Shown in pieces: positions 1 to 8,442 of a DNA stretch of 32,000 nt. This DNA comes from Pyrobaculum calidifontis JCM 11548 (GTDB lineage Archaea; Thermoproteota; Thermoprotei; Thermoproteales; Thermoproteaceae): contig NC_009073.1 of NCBI RefSeq assembly GCF_000015805.1, forward strand, positions 390,001 to 422,000, given 5' to 3'. Both the position numbers and the translations under genes were made by a program. The notes below the pieces were generated by a model that did no database searches, was not told the DNA's origin, and worked only from the letters and a program-made list of their open reading frames with translations. Every line of letters starts with the position of its first letter. The first letter of the stretch is position 1.

Positions 1-135
1 CTCAGTCGTGGATATCCACATCACCCTGTTGCCCACAGTGTCGGCAAGTCTCATCGCTATGGAGGTCTTCCCGGCACCGGGAGGGCCGTAGATAAGGGTA
101 AGCCCTTCGCGCACCACCTCAGCCAGCTCGCTCAC
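1..135 (-). CDS. KaiC/RecA-superfamily ATPase, N-terminal part (gene continues past the window edge)
   Basis: Reverse-strand translation from GTG at 135 gives VSELAEVVREGLTLIYGPPGAGKTSIAMRLADTVGNRVMWISTTE. Walker A is GPPGAGKT. The N-terminal layout matches the 4298..5482 ATPase. A T/A-rich box lies at 154-175, just upstream. Confidence 0.6.
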   Translation of the reverse strand, partial: MSELAEVVREGLTLIYGPPGAGKTSIAMRLADTVGNRVMWISTTE

Positions 136-210
136 GCCCCTTCTCTCCTCTCGCTTTTTATTCTTTTTGGTGTAGCACGGTGGGTGTAACGCCTCAGCCC
201 GAGGATGCTA

Positions 211-848
211 CTAGTATTCGCGTTGTATCAAGCCTAACAGCTCTAGGTCAACGTTGGCGAGCCTGATGTAGGGCTTGCCTTTGTTGTGTCTCACTTTCAC
301 TTTCCTCTCTACGCCCCTTTCGCCGTATATGGCGTTTATGGCCCTGGCGATGACTTCAGCGGCCTTGCTTACAATCATTACCCAACAGTCACCGTATATC
401 CTGCCCGCCGCCCTTCACCTCTCCTTTGTCCTTACGGCGAAGTGGGACATACTCAGCATAGAAAGTGCACGCATACATCTCGTCGACGGCTCCATGCCGA
501 GCATGCCTCCGCCGCTTGAGGTAGCTCTATGCTTACACCACGCGCCTTTCCCAAGATGAACTCCGTCAGCTTGTTGAGGTAGTGAACGAATTTTACAAAG
601 TTGTACTGTAGGGAGTCCTCCACGACCACTTTCACATCAGGCATCTTCCAGAGCTTGGCCGATGCGATGTAGCGCTGGGGGTCCTCCAACTTTAGGCCAA
701 GGAAGTCGTAGACAAACTTGGCGTAGGCATTTTCGCTATACGACCCGTCGGACTTGAGGCCGCCGAGGGCGATCTCTCTTACGTGCTCTGGGTGCTCTGC
801 TATAACTCTCCTATGCAGAAGCCTTATCTCGGCATGGTACAGCTCCAA
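211..848 (-). pseudogene. Frameshifted hypothetical gene; protein-like sequence is spread over three reading frames
   Basis: Frame 1 is the track ORF 453..848 (ELYHAEIRLLHRRVIAEHPEHV...LTEFILGKARG). Frame 2 reads HGAVDEMYACTFYAEYVPLRRKDKGEVKGGGQDIR*. Frame 3 reads GDCWVMIVSKAAEVIARAINAIYGERGVERKVKVRHNKGKPYIRLANVDLELLGLIQREY*, with its stop at 211-213. Each segment ends where the next opens. Confidence 0.45.
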
Positions 849-1062
849 AGCCTAGACGTGAGCTTGTTAAGAGTAATCCTCAAAGAAGTTCTGTAAATCG
901 CCGAGGGCAATCTCCAGCCTTGAAGTCTGGACAAAGACCGGCACCGTCAAAGCCAGCTCGACGACCGGCCTTTGCGGCGCTTACGCAGATAACAAATGCG
1001 GTAAAGCACGTAGTAAGGTACGCCAGATAGTTAACTGTATACAAGTATCAAATTCTCAGGTT

Positions 1063-1266
1063 ATGGCAAGATTTTTAAGGCGTTGTAGTAATATCATTGT
1101 GTCGCAGGTCACCGCGCTTTTACTTATTCTAGGAATCATAGTGCTCCTTGTCGGCGTTGTTCTTGTAGGCTGGGGGCATGGGCTTGATTGGGTACTAGGT
1201 CTCCCATTTATCATCTTGGGTCTCTACGCCGTATACACCGCGGGTAGCACTTCATGTAAGCCCTAG
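1063..1266 (+). CDS. Small membrane protein (two predicted TM helices)
   Basis: 67-aa ORF with two hydrophobic stretches (VTALLLILGIIVLLVGVVLVGW and LGLPFIILGLYAVYTA). An A/T-rich box lies ~20-25 nt upstream of the ATG. Confidence 0.4.
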   Translation: MARFLRRCSNIIVSQVTALLLILGIIVLLVGVVLVGWGHGLDWVLGLPFIILGLYAVYTAGSTSCKP

Positions 1267-1273
1267 CGACGTG

Positions 1274-1618
1274 TTAAAAGCTCTTTTCAACTCTCACTTT
1301 GTCTGCGACAACCTTGGCCGTGACCACGGAGCGCGTGTTGTCTAGGCGTAGGTAGTATGTCCCACTCTCATATGCGTAAAACTCGTAGAGGTAGTGACCC
1401 CTGGCCACTACGTCCGCTATTACGTTGCCAGAGGGGGACCACAAGACGACTCTTACGTCGTTATTGCGGGGCAGGGGCTCGTCCCTAATAGACAAATCTA
1501 CGATGACGCGGGATCCGCCCTCGGCTAGAAGTATGAGTCGTAACGCCCCCGTGGGTAGACCCTTGCATTCACCGCATAGACGTGCACGCTGGGGGTGCAA
1601 GCGGGAGAAGGCCACCAC
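1274..1618 (-). CDS. Hypothetical beta-rich protein (start uncertain; possible upstream frameshift)
   Basis: 114-aa ORF starting at GTG. The C-terminal two-thirds look protein-like (VIVDLSIRDEPLPRNNDVRVVLWSPSGNVIADVVARGHYLYEFYAYESGTYYLRLDN). No family recognised. Confidence 0.4.
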   Translation of the reverse strand: MVAFSRLHPQRARLCGECKGLPTGALRLILLAEGGSRVIVDLSIRDEPLPRNNDVRVVLWSPSGNVIADVVARGHYLYEFYAYESGTYYLRLDNTRSVVTAKVVADKVRVEKSF

Positions 1619-1722
1619 ACACCTCCCCCACCTCCGCCACCACGTCCACCAATGGCGGAGAAAAACGAGAAAAACAGTACGACTGCTACAATAATTGCAA
1701 AGACGACTCCTTACTTCACGTC

Positions 1723-1735
1723 AATTTTTAAAAAA
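1723..1735. promoter_or_regulatory. A/T-rich TATA-like box, probably bidirectional
   Basis: aatttttaaaaaa is centred 24 nt upstream of the ATG at 1753. The first ATG of the track ORF (1735) lies inside this box, so 1753 is the better start. Confidence 0.5.
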
Positions 1736-1752
1736 TGGGGCTAAAATGTCAT

Positions 1753-3384
1753 ATGGCGAAGTGGCTGGCGGTGTTGCTTCTCGCCACGTTGCTTGTGGCG
1801 GCTCAGCCCCTCGCGGAGATTCTCAAGCTTAAAGTAGAGCCCTTACCCTGTCTGCTAAACTCAACATGTTCAGCGTATAGAGCTACAGCTCTCATAAATG
1901 CCTCAGCCAGCGGGCAGTTGGCACTTGGCGCATGGGCATTAGTAAAGGGGGAGTGGAAGGCGTTGGACTGGTGCTATCCCACGGGCTCCGGCCCCTGCAC
2001 CTTTGTCATTGAGCTAAAGCCTGAGTACGAGGCCCTTGGATTCCCACTGTGGACAAACCAGCAAGGCCGGTGGGTGTGGGTGCAGAGCGTGGACATATAC
2101 GGCGTTAACGCCGTGTGCACTATGGCGTATAAGTGCCCAGAGATTGACAAAGTGGAGGTGGAGAGGGGCGGGGAGCTGGGCGGGTGGAGAGTGAGAGTCT
2201 ACGTCAAGTCTCCCTCGCAACGCATGAGAGTCGCGTTGGACATCGGCGGTATGTATGTGGAAAAGGAGGTGGAACAACCCTTCGCAACGGCATGTACAAC
2301 GCTGAGAGTGGACTTTGGGCCATACGACTTTCCACAAGGCACTTGCGGCAGAGTTAGGGTGTATGGCGACTGTGGAATGGTCGAGAGACAAGTGTGTGCA
2401 CAATCTGCGGATAGCAATGTCGTAGTTGTTAGAGTAGCCGATGTTGTAGAGGAGAAGTATGTTAAAGGGATTGGTATAGTCAAAGTAAAAGCGCCGCACG
2501 TGTTAAAAGTTGGAGAGGAATACCTAACCGAGTTTAATATTCGTGTAAACCGTGAAGAGCTCGGAAGACTCATCCAGCTCATAAAGCGCGTGTGCCAGTT
2601 GTTGTGTCAACTTCCTTGGTCAAAGCCTTTTATGCCTGAGTCGTTATGCCAAAAATGCAGCGACCTTAGTAGCTACCTTGTTCTCCACGGGGGAGTTAGA
2701 GCTTATGCAAGCGAAAGCGGAAGCGGCGGCGTTGCCCTCTTCCTAGCTCTTGGCCTTCAACAGACATATGGCACCATACCGGCTGGGCCAAACCGCTACT
2801 TAGTCTTTTCAAATATCGACGAGTTTTTTGCAATATACTACGTGGTCAAGGGCCTGCCGCCTCTCAGTTTAACAGACCTAGAGTCTAAAGGAGTCCCCAT
2901 TTCGCTTAAGATAACCCCCCTGGGCCCTGAGTCGTATAGGTTAACTGGCGGCGAGGAGGAGATAACGCTCCGCTATAAGATTCAGCTAGTTCCAAACACC
3001 GAATATATGCTCAACTTCAACAACATAACCGCCGAATATAGCAAGCTACAATACTCCAACGACATCCTCTCACGAGTAGAGGCGCTATCCGCCGCCGTAG
3101 AAAGAGCAGAGGGTCAGACAGCCACTGTAACTACAACGTCCACAGCGTATGTGACGATACTTGTCACCACCACTGCTACACTCCCCATCACCACAACCAA
3201 GGAAGTGACTATGACGTCTCCCATCGTCGTCACTTCGCCCACGGTCGTCACCGTTCCCACCACAGTCACTCAAACTACGACTGAGAGACTTGTCGTTAGA
3301 GAGACAGACGCGGCGCTTTTAGCCGCAGTGGCAGTCGCGGCTTTGGCGGTGGGAGTATTAATCGGGAGGGCGAAAAAAGCGTAA
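1753..3384 (+). CDS. Secreted, membrane-anchored surface protein with a Thr-rich stalk
   Basis: N-terminal signal-like MAKWLAVLLLATLLVAAQP. C-terminal Thr/Val-rich low-complexity stalk (TATVTTTSTAYVTILVTTTATLPITTT...TVTQTTTE), followed by the TM helix ALLAAVAVAALAVGVLIG and RAKKA. Confidence 0.7.
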   Translation: MAKWLAVLLLATLLVAAQPLAEILKLKVEPLPCLLNSTCSAYRATALINASASGQLALGAWALVKGEWKALDWCYPTGSGPCTFVIELKPEYEALGFPLWTNQQGRWVWVQSVDIYGVNAVCTMAYKCPEIDKVEVERGGELGGWRVRVYVKSPSQRMRVALDIGGMYVEKEVEQPFATACTTLRVDFGPYDFPQGTCGRVRVYGDCGMVERQVCAQSADSNVVVVRVADVVEEKYVKGIGIVKVKAPHVLKVGEEYLTEFNIRVNREELGRLIQLIKRVCQLLCQLPWSKPFMPESLCQKCSDLSSYLVLHGGVRAYASESGSGGVALFLALGLQQTYGTIPAGPNRYLVFSNIDEFFAIYYVVKGLPPLSLTDLESKGVPISLKITPLGPESYRLTGGEEEITLRYKIQLVPNTEYMLNFNNITAEYSKLQYSNDILSRVEALSAAVERAEGQTATVTTTSTAYVTILVTTTATLPITTTKEVTMTSPIVVTSPTVVTVPTTVTQTTTERLVVRETDAALLAAVAVAALAVGVLIGRAKKA

Positions 3385-3385
3385 G

Positions 3386-3390
3386 TTTTT
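3386..3390 (+). terminator. T5 run just after the stop codon
   Basis: taa g ttttt g. Oligo-T tracts are the usual archaeal termination signal. Confidence 0.3.
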
Positions 3391-3945
3391 GTCGCCCCTT
3401 TAAGTATCCGCTATAGGAGTTTTAACTCTCAACAAGTAAGCTTGGTGCAACAGGTAAGGCTACGTAACAAATTCCTGCAACTTTTCAGTTTCACCGCGGC
3501 CGAAACCGACGAGTCAGAAATTCTAACCCCAGCGGACAAACAACGCCCACATTAACAAGTTGCAAACGCCTTTTGTAAACGGGGTGAGAGACCTCTGTCT
3601 CTAGAGCGGAGAGCTGTGTAAGTACGTCGGGTACTTGTAGGATTTGGACAACCTGGTAAGCAGAAAACTAACGCAGTCGCTGAGACAGACGGCTCAGCGG
3701 GCAGAGGGGCGCCAAGGTGGGCAACTGCCTCGGCATACGCTTGCTATATAACTCCATAAAGCCCCGGCGCGGCGCCTAGGCCAGCCCACGACGCGTTGCC
3801 GTCCAGCTAGCCGACCTCAACTGCGCCCCATGTTTTTATACTTTTTGGTATATTGAAGATTATGTATCAGCCCTCTCGAGCGGTCTTCATATTCCGCAGC
3901 GCCTAGCTACATCACCGAGTAACTGTAGGCACGGGTATTTGAACT

Positions 3946-4314
3946 ATGCGCCGGTTGCCCGCTCCAGTGGTGTCGGTGGGGTGTATAGTAAGGTTTTTAA
4001 GGGTGGCGGTTTGGGGGTTTGTGGACGCGTACCAGGTGTTTCGGGATTTCTACTACTCGCTGGGGATGCCGCTGAGGGTGGTGATTGAGTATAGGCTGAG
4101 GCGGCGTGGCGTGTCGCTTTCTGACGTCTTTTCTAAGCCGTGGCTTTTGACCAAGTACGTGGCTGAGGAGATGGGTGGCCACAACGCGGAGCTCATAGCG
4201 GCGCTCTTCGTCGAGTATGTGAGAAAGCTTGGGGTCGACGCGTCTGTGGCTTGGGAGGCGTTGAGGGGGGAGGAGGGGTGGGCTAGGTTTGTGAGCCATG
4301 TGGAGCGGCTTTGA
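3946..4314 (+). CDS. Hypothetical protein, overlaps the downstream ATPase gene
   Basis: 122-aa ORF whose 3' end overlaps the ATPase start by 17 nt. No motif recognised. Start uncertain. Confidence 0.45.
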   Translation: MRRLPAPVVSVGCIVRFLRVAVWGFVDAYQVFRDFYYSLGMPLRVVIEYRLRRRGVSLSDVFSKPWLLTKYVAEEMGGHNAELIAALFVEYVRKLGVDASVAWEALRGEEGWARFVSHVERL

Positions 4315-5482
4315 GTTTTTTGAGGGCTTTTCTCTCCTGTACGGCCCGCCTGGCGCTGGGAAGACGTCGCTTGCCCTCTATGCGGCCTTTCGCTTGGGGG
4401 ACCGTGTCCTCTACGCGGGGTTCTACGAGACTGGGGAGGCGGTGGTGTCTAAGGCGAGGGCGCTGGGCCTCGACGTGGGGAGGCTGACGGTGTTGGACTT
4501 CTTCGCTGTCTCTGACGCAGATGTGTTGTACAGCACGTTGGTTTCTAAGTACGTGGAGGTGAAGCCTGACGTGGCCATCTTGGATGGAATCAACGCCCTT
4601 CCTCAGTCTAGGGAGGCGGCCGCCTCTATATACCGCATCTTTAGGGGGCCTGTTATAGCCATCGGCGAGGAGTCTGTCGGGGGGTCCCACTTCGCCTACT
4701 ACGCCGACTCGTTGGTGGAGGTTAGGCAGGTCTTCCACAGGGGGGCCCGCTATAGGCTTCTCCGGGTGGTGAAGACTAGGCTTAGCCCGAGCCGCGGCGC
4801 CGAGTACTTTTTCACTATCTCGCGGAGGGGGGTGCACCTCCTTAGGAGGTGGTCTCAGGGCTCGCTGGGGGGCAAGCTGGCCGCAACGCCTTCTGGCAGA
4901 AGGGCCACGTTTTCTGAGGAGGTGGTGAAGGCGCTTGTGGGCCGGGCTCCCGCCTACACGCGGCCGGGGTTGCTGGCTGGGAGCAGGGTTGGGGTGTTTC
5001 TCGAGGATCACCCGACGCCTCTCCGCTTGGCGGCTGCCTTCCTCTGCGACTACTTAGACGAGTCGAGGGTGGGCGTGGTGTCGACGTACCCGCTTATGGG
5101 CTCTTTGGCTAGGCAGGTGGGCTGTAGCGTGGAGGAGGTGGTGGTGCCCGCCGCCGTGCTTGACGACGATGCGGCTCTCCACGAGGCGTTGGACAAGGTG
5201 GGGGATGTGTCTGTGGTTGCGTTGTACGGCCTTGAGGAGGTGTTGGCCCGCTACGGCGCGAGGAGGGTGGGGTACGTCATGGACTTCTTCCAGACCTTCC
5301 TCCCCGACTCCGCCGTCTTGGCCACGTTTAGGGGAGTGGAGCCCACGCGGGCGCTTTTGGGCATGTTTAACACTGCGTGGAGGTACTACCCCGACCGCGC
5401 CGTGGTGGTCAAGTCGGCGCTTGGGTGGCCTGTGAGAGAGCTCAGGGTGGTGGAGCGGGACGGCCGCTTCTACCTGGGGTAG
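4298..5482 (+). CDS. KaiC-like (RecA-superfamily) ATPase with a degenerate second domain
   Basis: N-terminus FSLLYGPPGAGKTSLALYAAF (Walker A) and a Walker-B-like VAILDGINAL. The C-terminal half (~200-394) has a similar size and strand pattern but no P-loop. Confidence 0.8.
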   Translation: MWSGFEFFEGFSLLYGPPGAGKTSLALYAAFRLGDRVLYAGFYETGEAVVSKARALGLDVGRLTVLDFFAVSDADVLYSTLVSKYVEVKPDVAILDGINALPQSREAAASIYRIFRGPVIAIGEESVGGSHFAYYADSLVEVRQVFHRGARYRLLRVVKTRLSPSRGAEYFFTISRRGVHLLRRWSQGSLGGKLAATPSGRRATFSEEVVKALVGRAPAYTRPGLLAGSRVGVFLEDHPTPLRLAAAFLCDYLDESRVGVVSTYPLMGSLARQVGCSVEEVVVPAAVLDDDAALHEALDKVGDVSVVALYGLEEVLARYGARRVGYVMDFFQTFLPDSAVLATFRGVEPTRALLGMFNTAWRYYPDRAVVVKSALGWPVRELRVVERDGRFYLG

Positions 5483-5493
5483 TTTAAGCGATA

Positions 5494-5508
5494 GTAAAAT
5501 AAATAGGT
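5494..5508 (+). promoter_or_regulatory. TATA-like box for the wHTH gene
   Basis: agtaaaataaatagg sits ~22 nt before the GTG at 5523. Confidence 0.45.
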
Positions 5509-5522
5509 CCCCTATCCACACT

Positions 5523-5879
5523 GTGGAAGATCCGAGGAAGGCAATATTGGAGATTCTTAGGCGGGAGGGCCCCGTCCCTGTCTACCGCCTCGCCAAGGCC
5601 CTGGGGCTCTCCTACGGGGCGGTGCAGTGGCACATCTTCACCTTGGAGAGGGAGGGCCTTGTGGAGACTATTAGGGTTGGGAAGAGGCGGTACGTGGCCC
5701 TTAAGACCGCCGACGTGGCGAGGACTATCAAGGTGGCCGACGCCTTGGAGGAGCTGGCCCTGACGCTGAGGGCCTACGGGGTGAGGCCGGACATGTCTCT
5801 CCAAGAGGCGATCGAGCTTCTGGAGAAGAAGGCGCCTCACATAGCCGAAATCCTCAAGCGCCTGATTACAAGGCCCTGA
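5523..5879 (+). CDS. Winged-helix (ArsR/MarR-like) transcriptional regulator
   Basis: AILEILRREGPVPVYRLAKALGLSYGAVQWHIFTLEREGLVETIRVGKRRYVAL shows a typical HTH plus wing pattern. 118 aa. Confidence 0.8.
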   Translation: MEDPRKAILEILRREGPVPVYRLAKALGLSYGAVQWHIFTLEREGLVETIRVGKRRYVALKTADVARTIKVADALEELALTLRAYGVRPDMSLQEAIELLEKKAPHIAEILKRLITRP

Positions 5880-6022
5880 GGGCCTCGGCGTAAGAGCCGG
5901 CCCCACGGCTTCTCACTTCCGCCAGCCACCTCGTGACACTAGGCGCGCTCTGCGGCGTTGTGTCCCCCAGGCGCCTTGTCGTGCGACTGCTTGGCGTTTT
6001 CTGTGCGTTTGGCGCAGGGGCG

Positions 6023-7549
6023 ATGGTGAAGGCGCCGTGGTTCATGTTCAAATTTTTATGTGGTGTACGATTTGTGAGAACTCTATTGGCATTGGTGGGC
6101 TTGGCTCTGCTCTTCCTGGGCCTCGCCTCTCTGGGGCCTGCCCCGTCTCCCTCTTCTGCCTCTGTCCTGCCTCTGCCTGGGTCGTCGCAGTTTAGCCCGC
6201 CCGTGGTCTCTGTGTCTGGGGGGCTGTACTTCAAGGCGTGGATGTACGCGAGGGGGACTGGGGGCGTCATGTATCTGCGCTGTCTTGTGTTTGACAGCTA
6301 TGTCGATGGGGCGTGGAGCCGGGCGGCGGGGGACTCCTTCGCCGTGGGGGCTGGGGTAGTCACTGTGGGGAGCCCCGCCTCGTTTGGGGGCGAGGTAAAC
6401 CTCTCTGCTCCTCTCATGGGCGGCTGCGTCCCCGTGGCCACGCCCTCTGTGGACGGGCTTGTGCTGGGGTCTGTCCGCGTGGTTGCGCCCGGGGCCTCCC
6501 TGGCCGCGTCTAAGGAGGGCCTCTTTGTGGTAGCCACAGGCGGCTCCGTGGGCAGGGCGGCGTCGTACTACGGCCCCGGCGCCCCCCAGCCCCCTCCCAG
6601 CGGCGTCTACTTAGAGGTTCCGCCGGGCCTTGCGCCGGTGCTTAAGTCCATAGCCGCCAACGTCACCGCCGGTTGTGCAGATGCGGCGTGTAAGGTGGCC
6701 AAGATTAAGGAGTTTCTCTCCCACTTCCGCTACGACGGCACTATGGACTCTCTCTGGCCCAGCGTCCCGCCGGGGGTAGACCCAGTCCTCTGGTTTCTGC
6801 AGGAGGGGAGGAGGGGGGTGTGTATACACTTCGCCTCTGCCTTTGTCCTCTTGGCCAGGTCGGCGGGGGTCCCCGCGAGGCTTGTGGTGGGGTATGTCTC
6901 CGATGGCCCAGTGCCGGGGGACTGGGCGTTGACGGCCTTTAGCCCCCACGCCTGGGCTGAGTACTACGTCGAGGGCGTTGGGTGGGTCGGCGTTGAGGCC
7001 ACGCCGCCGGGCTCTGCCCCGCAGTCTCTCCCCGTCGTGCCTCTGCGGCCTGAGGCCGTTCAGCCTCCTCCGCCTGGCCCCTCTCTGCCTCAGCTGGCCG
7101 CGCCGCAGGTGCCGGAGGTCCCCTGGCCCGTAGTCGCTGTGGCGGCCGCGGCGGTGGGGGCCTTGGCCTACTTCTCGGCGGGTAGGAGGGCGGCCACGGT
7201 GGGAGTTGGCGAGGAGTTTTTGGTGGAGGGCCCTAGGGGGTTCCCCGTGTATGTGGGGAGGAGGCGGGTGGGGAGGGCGCCCGTCGCTGTCGTCTTTCAC
7301 AGGCCGGGGCTCTACGTGGTGCGGGCTGGGCCTCTGGTGTACTTGGTCAGAGTGGTGGACTACAGGAGGGTGGCGGGGGCCCTCTTTGTGAAACTGCTGA
7401 GGCGGCTTGGCCTCCCCGCCACTACTACGCCTAGGGAGCTCGCCGCGGCTAGGCCGGAGTTGAGAGAGTTGGCGCTGGCCTTTGAGAGGGCGCTCTTCGG
7501 CCCCGCCGTGTCTAAGGGCGACGTAGAGGCGCTGAGGAGGGCGCTATGA
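6023..7549 (+). CDS. Transglutaminase-like membrane protein (C-terminal DUF4129-like region)
   Basis: TGase core motifs GVCIHFASAFVLLARSAGVPARLVVGYV (Cys) and PHAWAEYYVEGVGWVGVEAT (His, acidic residue). N-terminal TM helix, a second TM near AAPQVPEVPWPVVAVAAAAVGALAYF, and a C-terminal TPRELAA motif. The start is uncertain: the open frame begins at 5933, and in-frame candidates are ATG 6023 and GTG 6074 (a TATA-like aaatttttat lies at 6050-6059). Confidence 0.8.
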   Translation: MVKAPWFMFKFLCGVRFVRTLLALVGLALLFLGLASLGPAPSPSSASVLPLPGSSQFSPPVVSVSGGLYFKAWMYARGTGGVMYLRCLVFDSYVDGAWSRAAGDSFAVGAGVVTVGSPASFGGEVNLSAPLMGGCVPVATPSVDGLVLGSVRVVAPGASLAASKEGLFVVATGGSVGRAASYYGPGAPQPPPSGVYLEVPPGLAPVLKSIAANVTAGCADAACKVAKIKEFLSHFRYDGTMDSLWPSVPPGVDPVLWFLQEGRRGVCIHFASAFVLLARSAGVPARLVVGYVSDGPVPGDWALTAFSPHAWAEYYVEGVGWVGVEATPPGSAPQSLPVVPLRPEAVQPPPPGPSLPQLAAPQVPEVPWPVVAVAAAAVGALAYFSAGRRAATVGVGEEFLVEGPRGFPVYVGRRRVGRAPVAVVFHRPGLYVVRAGPLVYLVRVVDYRRVAGALFVKLLRRLGLPATTTPRELAAARPELRELALAFERALFGPAVSKGDVEALRRAL

Positions 7550-8442
7550 TCTACATAGCGGCTGGGCTAGCCCTCCTTCTCCTCGCCTACTACGACCCCG
7601 CCTTTAGGCCGGCGGCGTACCCCCTGGCGGCCTTCTTCCTCGGCCACGGGGTGGGGTCTCTCCTCCACAGGCGCCGGCGCCACGTGGCTGGCTACTTCTC
7701 TACCTTCCTCGGCGTCTCGGCGGCGGTCTACCTGGCGCCTCTCCCCCTGTCCCTGTTCCACAGAGCCCTCTTGGTGGGGGTGGCCTTCGGCTTCTTTCTC
7801 AACGCGGCGCGGTTTTTCACTAGGCTGAGGCGCGTCTTGGCCCCCGTCTCAATTGCCGTGACGGCGGGGTCGCTGGGGGCCTTTCTATACGCCGTTGGGG
7901 CGCCCCTCCTCCCCGTGGCCGCGTGGGGGGTTGGGGCCGGCGCGGCGGCCGCCTCTGCGCTGGGGCTGGCGGGGGGCAGGCGGGGGAGGTTTTTCGCCAG
8001 GCGGACTGCCCTCTTCGGCGTCCTCGGGGGCCTGCTGGGGGTCCTCTACCAAGTCTCGGCGCTGGTGGGCGGCCTCCAGCTCTTTGCCTCAGTGGCCGCG
8101 GCGGCGGTGGCCTCGCTCCTACTTCTCGGCACAGAGGCGAAGTGGCCTAGGCCGAGGCTTTACGACGACGCGGACGTCCTCGCGGCTAAGCGAGTGGAGG
8201 CCAGGTTTGTGAAAACTGGCGACGTGGCCCTCCTCGCGGCGTATGTGGCATACCACTTGGCCAAGGCTGGTGTAGAGGAGGGGCGTGTGGTGGAGGTGGT
8301 GAGGGCGGCCTTGTCTTATCGGGACTGGGAGCCGTCTCCCTTTGCCCCGCCGCTTGTGGCTAAGCTCGTGGAGAGGGCCAATAGGAGGAGGAGGGAGAGG
8401 CACTTGAGGAAGGTGGAGGCCTTGCTAAGGCGCTATCTGTAG
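7546..8442 (+). CDS. Polytopic membrane protein with a cytoplasmic C-terminal domain
   Basis: ATGA overlap with the TGase-like gene. Multiple Ala/Leu/Gly-rich hydrophobic helices, then a charged ~100-aa tail. Confidence 0.65.
   Translation: MIYIAAGLALLLLAYYDPAFRPAAYPLAAFFLGHGVGSLLHRRRRHVAGYFSTFLGVSAAVYLAPLPLSLFHRALLVGVAFGFFLNAARFFTRLRRVLAPVSIAVTAGSLGAFLYAVGAPLLPVAAWGVGAGAAAASALGLAGGRRGRFFARRTALFGVLGGLLGVLYQVSALVGGLQLFASVAAAAVASLLLLGTEAKWPRPRLYDDADVLAAKRVEARFVKTGDVALLAAYVAYHLAKAGVEEGRVVEVVRAALSYRDWEPSPFAPPLVAKLVERANRRRRERHLRKVEALLRRYL

Noticed and set aside
3100-3300. Thr/Val-rich repetitive DNA here and at 26500-26660 as possible shared mobile sequence.
   Set aside because: This is low-complexity coding sequence for glycosylated stalks of two different surface proteins. 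The similarity is compositional only.
3700-3830. Decayed minus-strand paralog of the KaiC-like ATPase behind the promoter-like box at 3832-3853.
   Set aside because: Translation (..LDGNASWAGLGAAPGLYGVI*..) shows only vague resemblance and no P-loop. The nucleotide alignment to 1-135 is not convincing.
4283-5011. Long antisense or overlapping ORFs in the track. Examples: 4283..5011 -, 5054..5521 -, 5484..5906 -, 5866..6270 -, 6611..7300 -, 10449..10817 -, 11347..11886 +, 15578..16321 -, 17050..17502 +, 22174..22590 +, 26279..26782 -, 27160..27708 -.
   Set aside because: They lie opposite or out of frame to ORFs with clear family motifs. They are Arg/Pro/Gly/His-rich, as expected from stop-codon-poor GC-rich DNA, and they lack promoter boxes.
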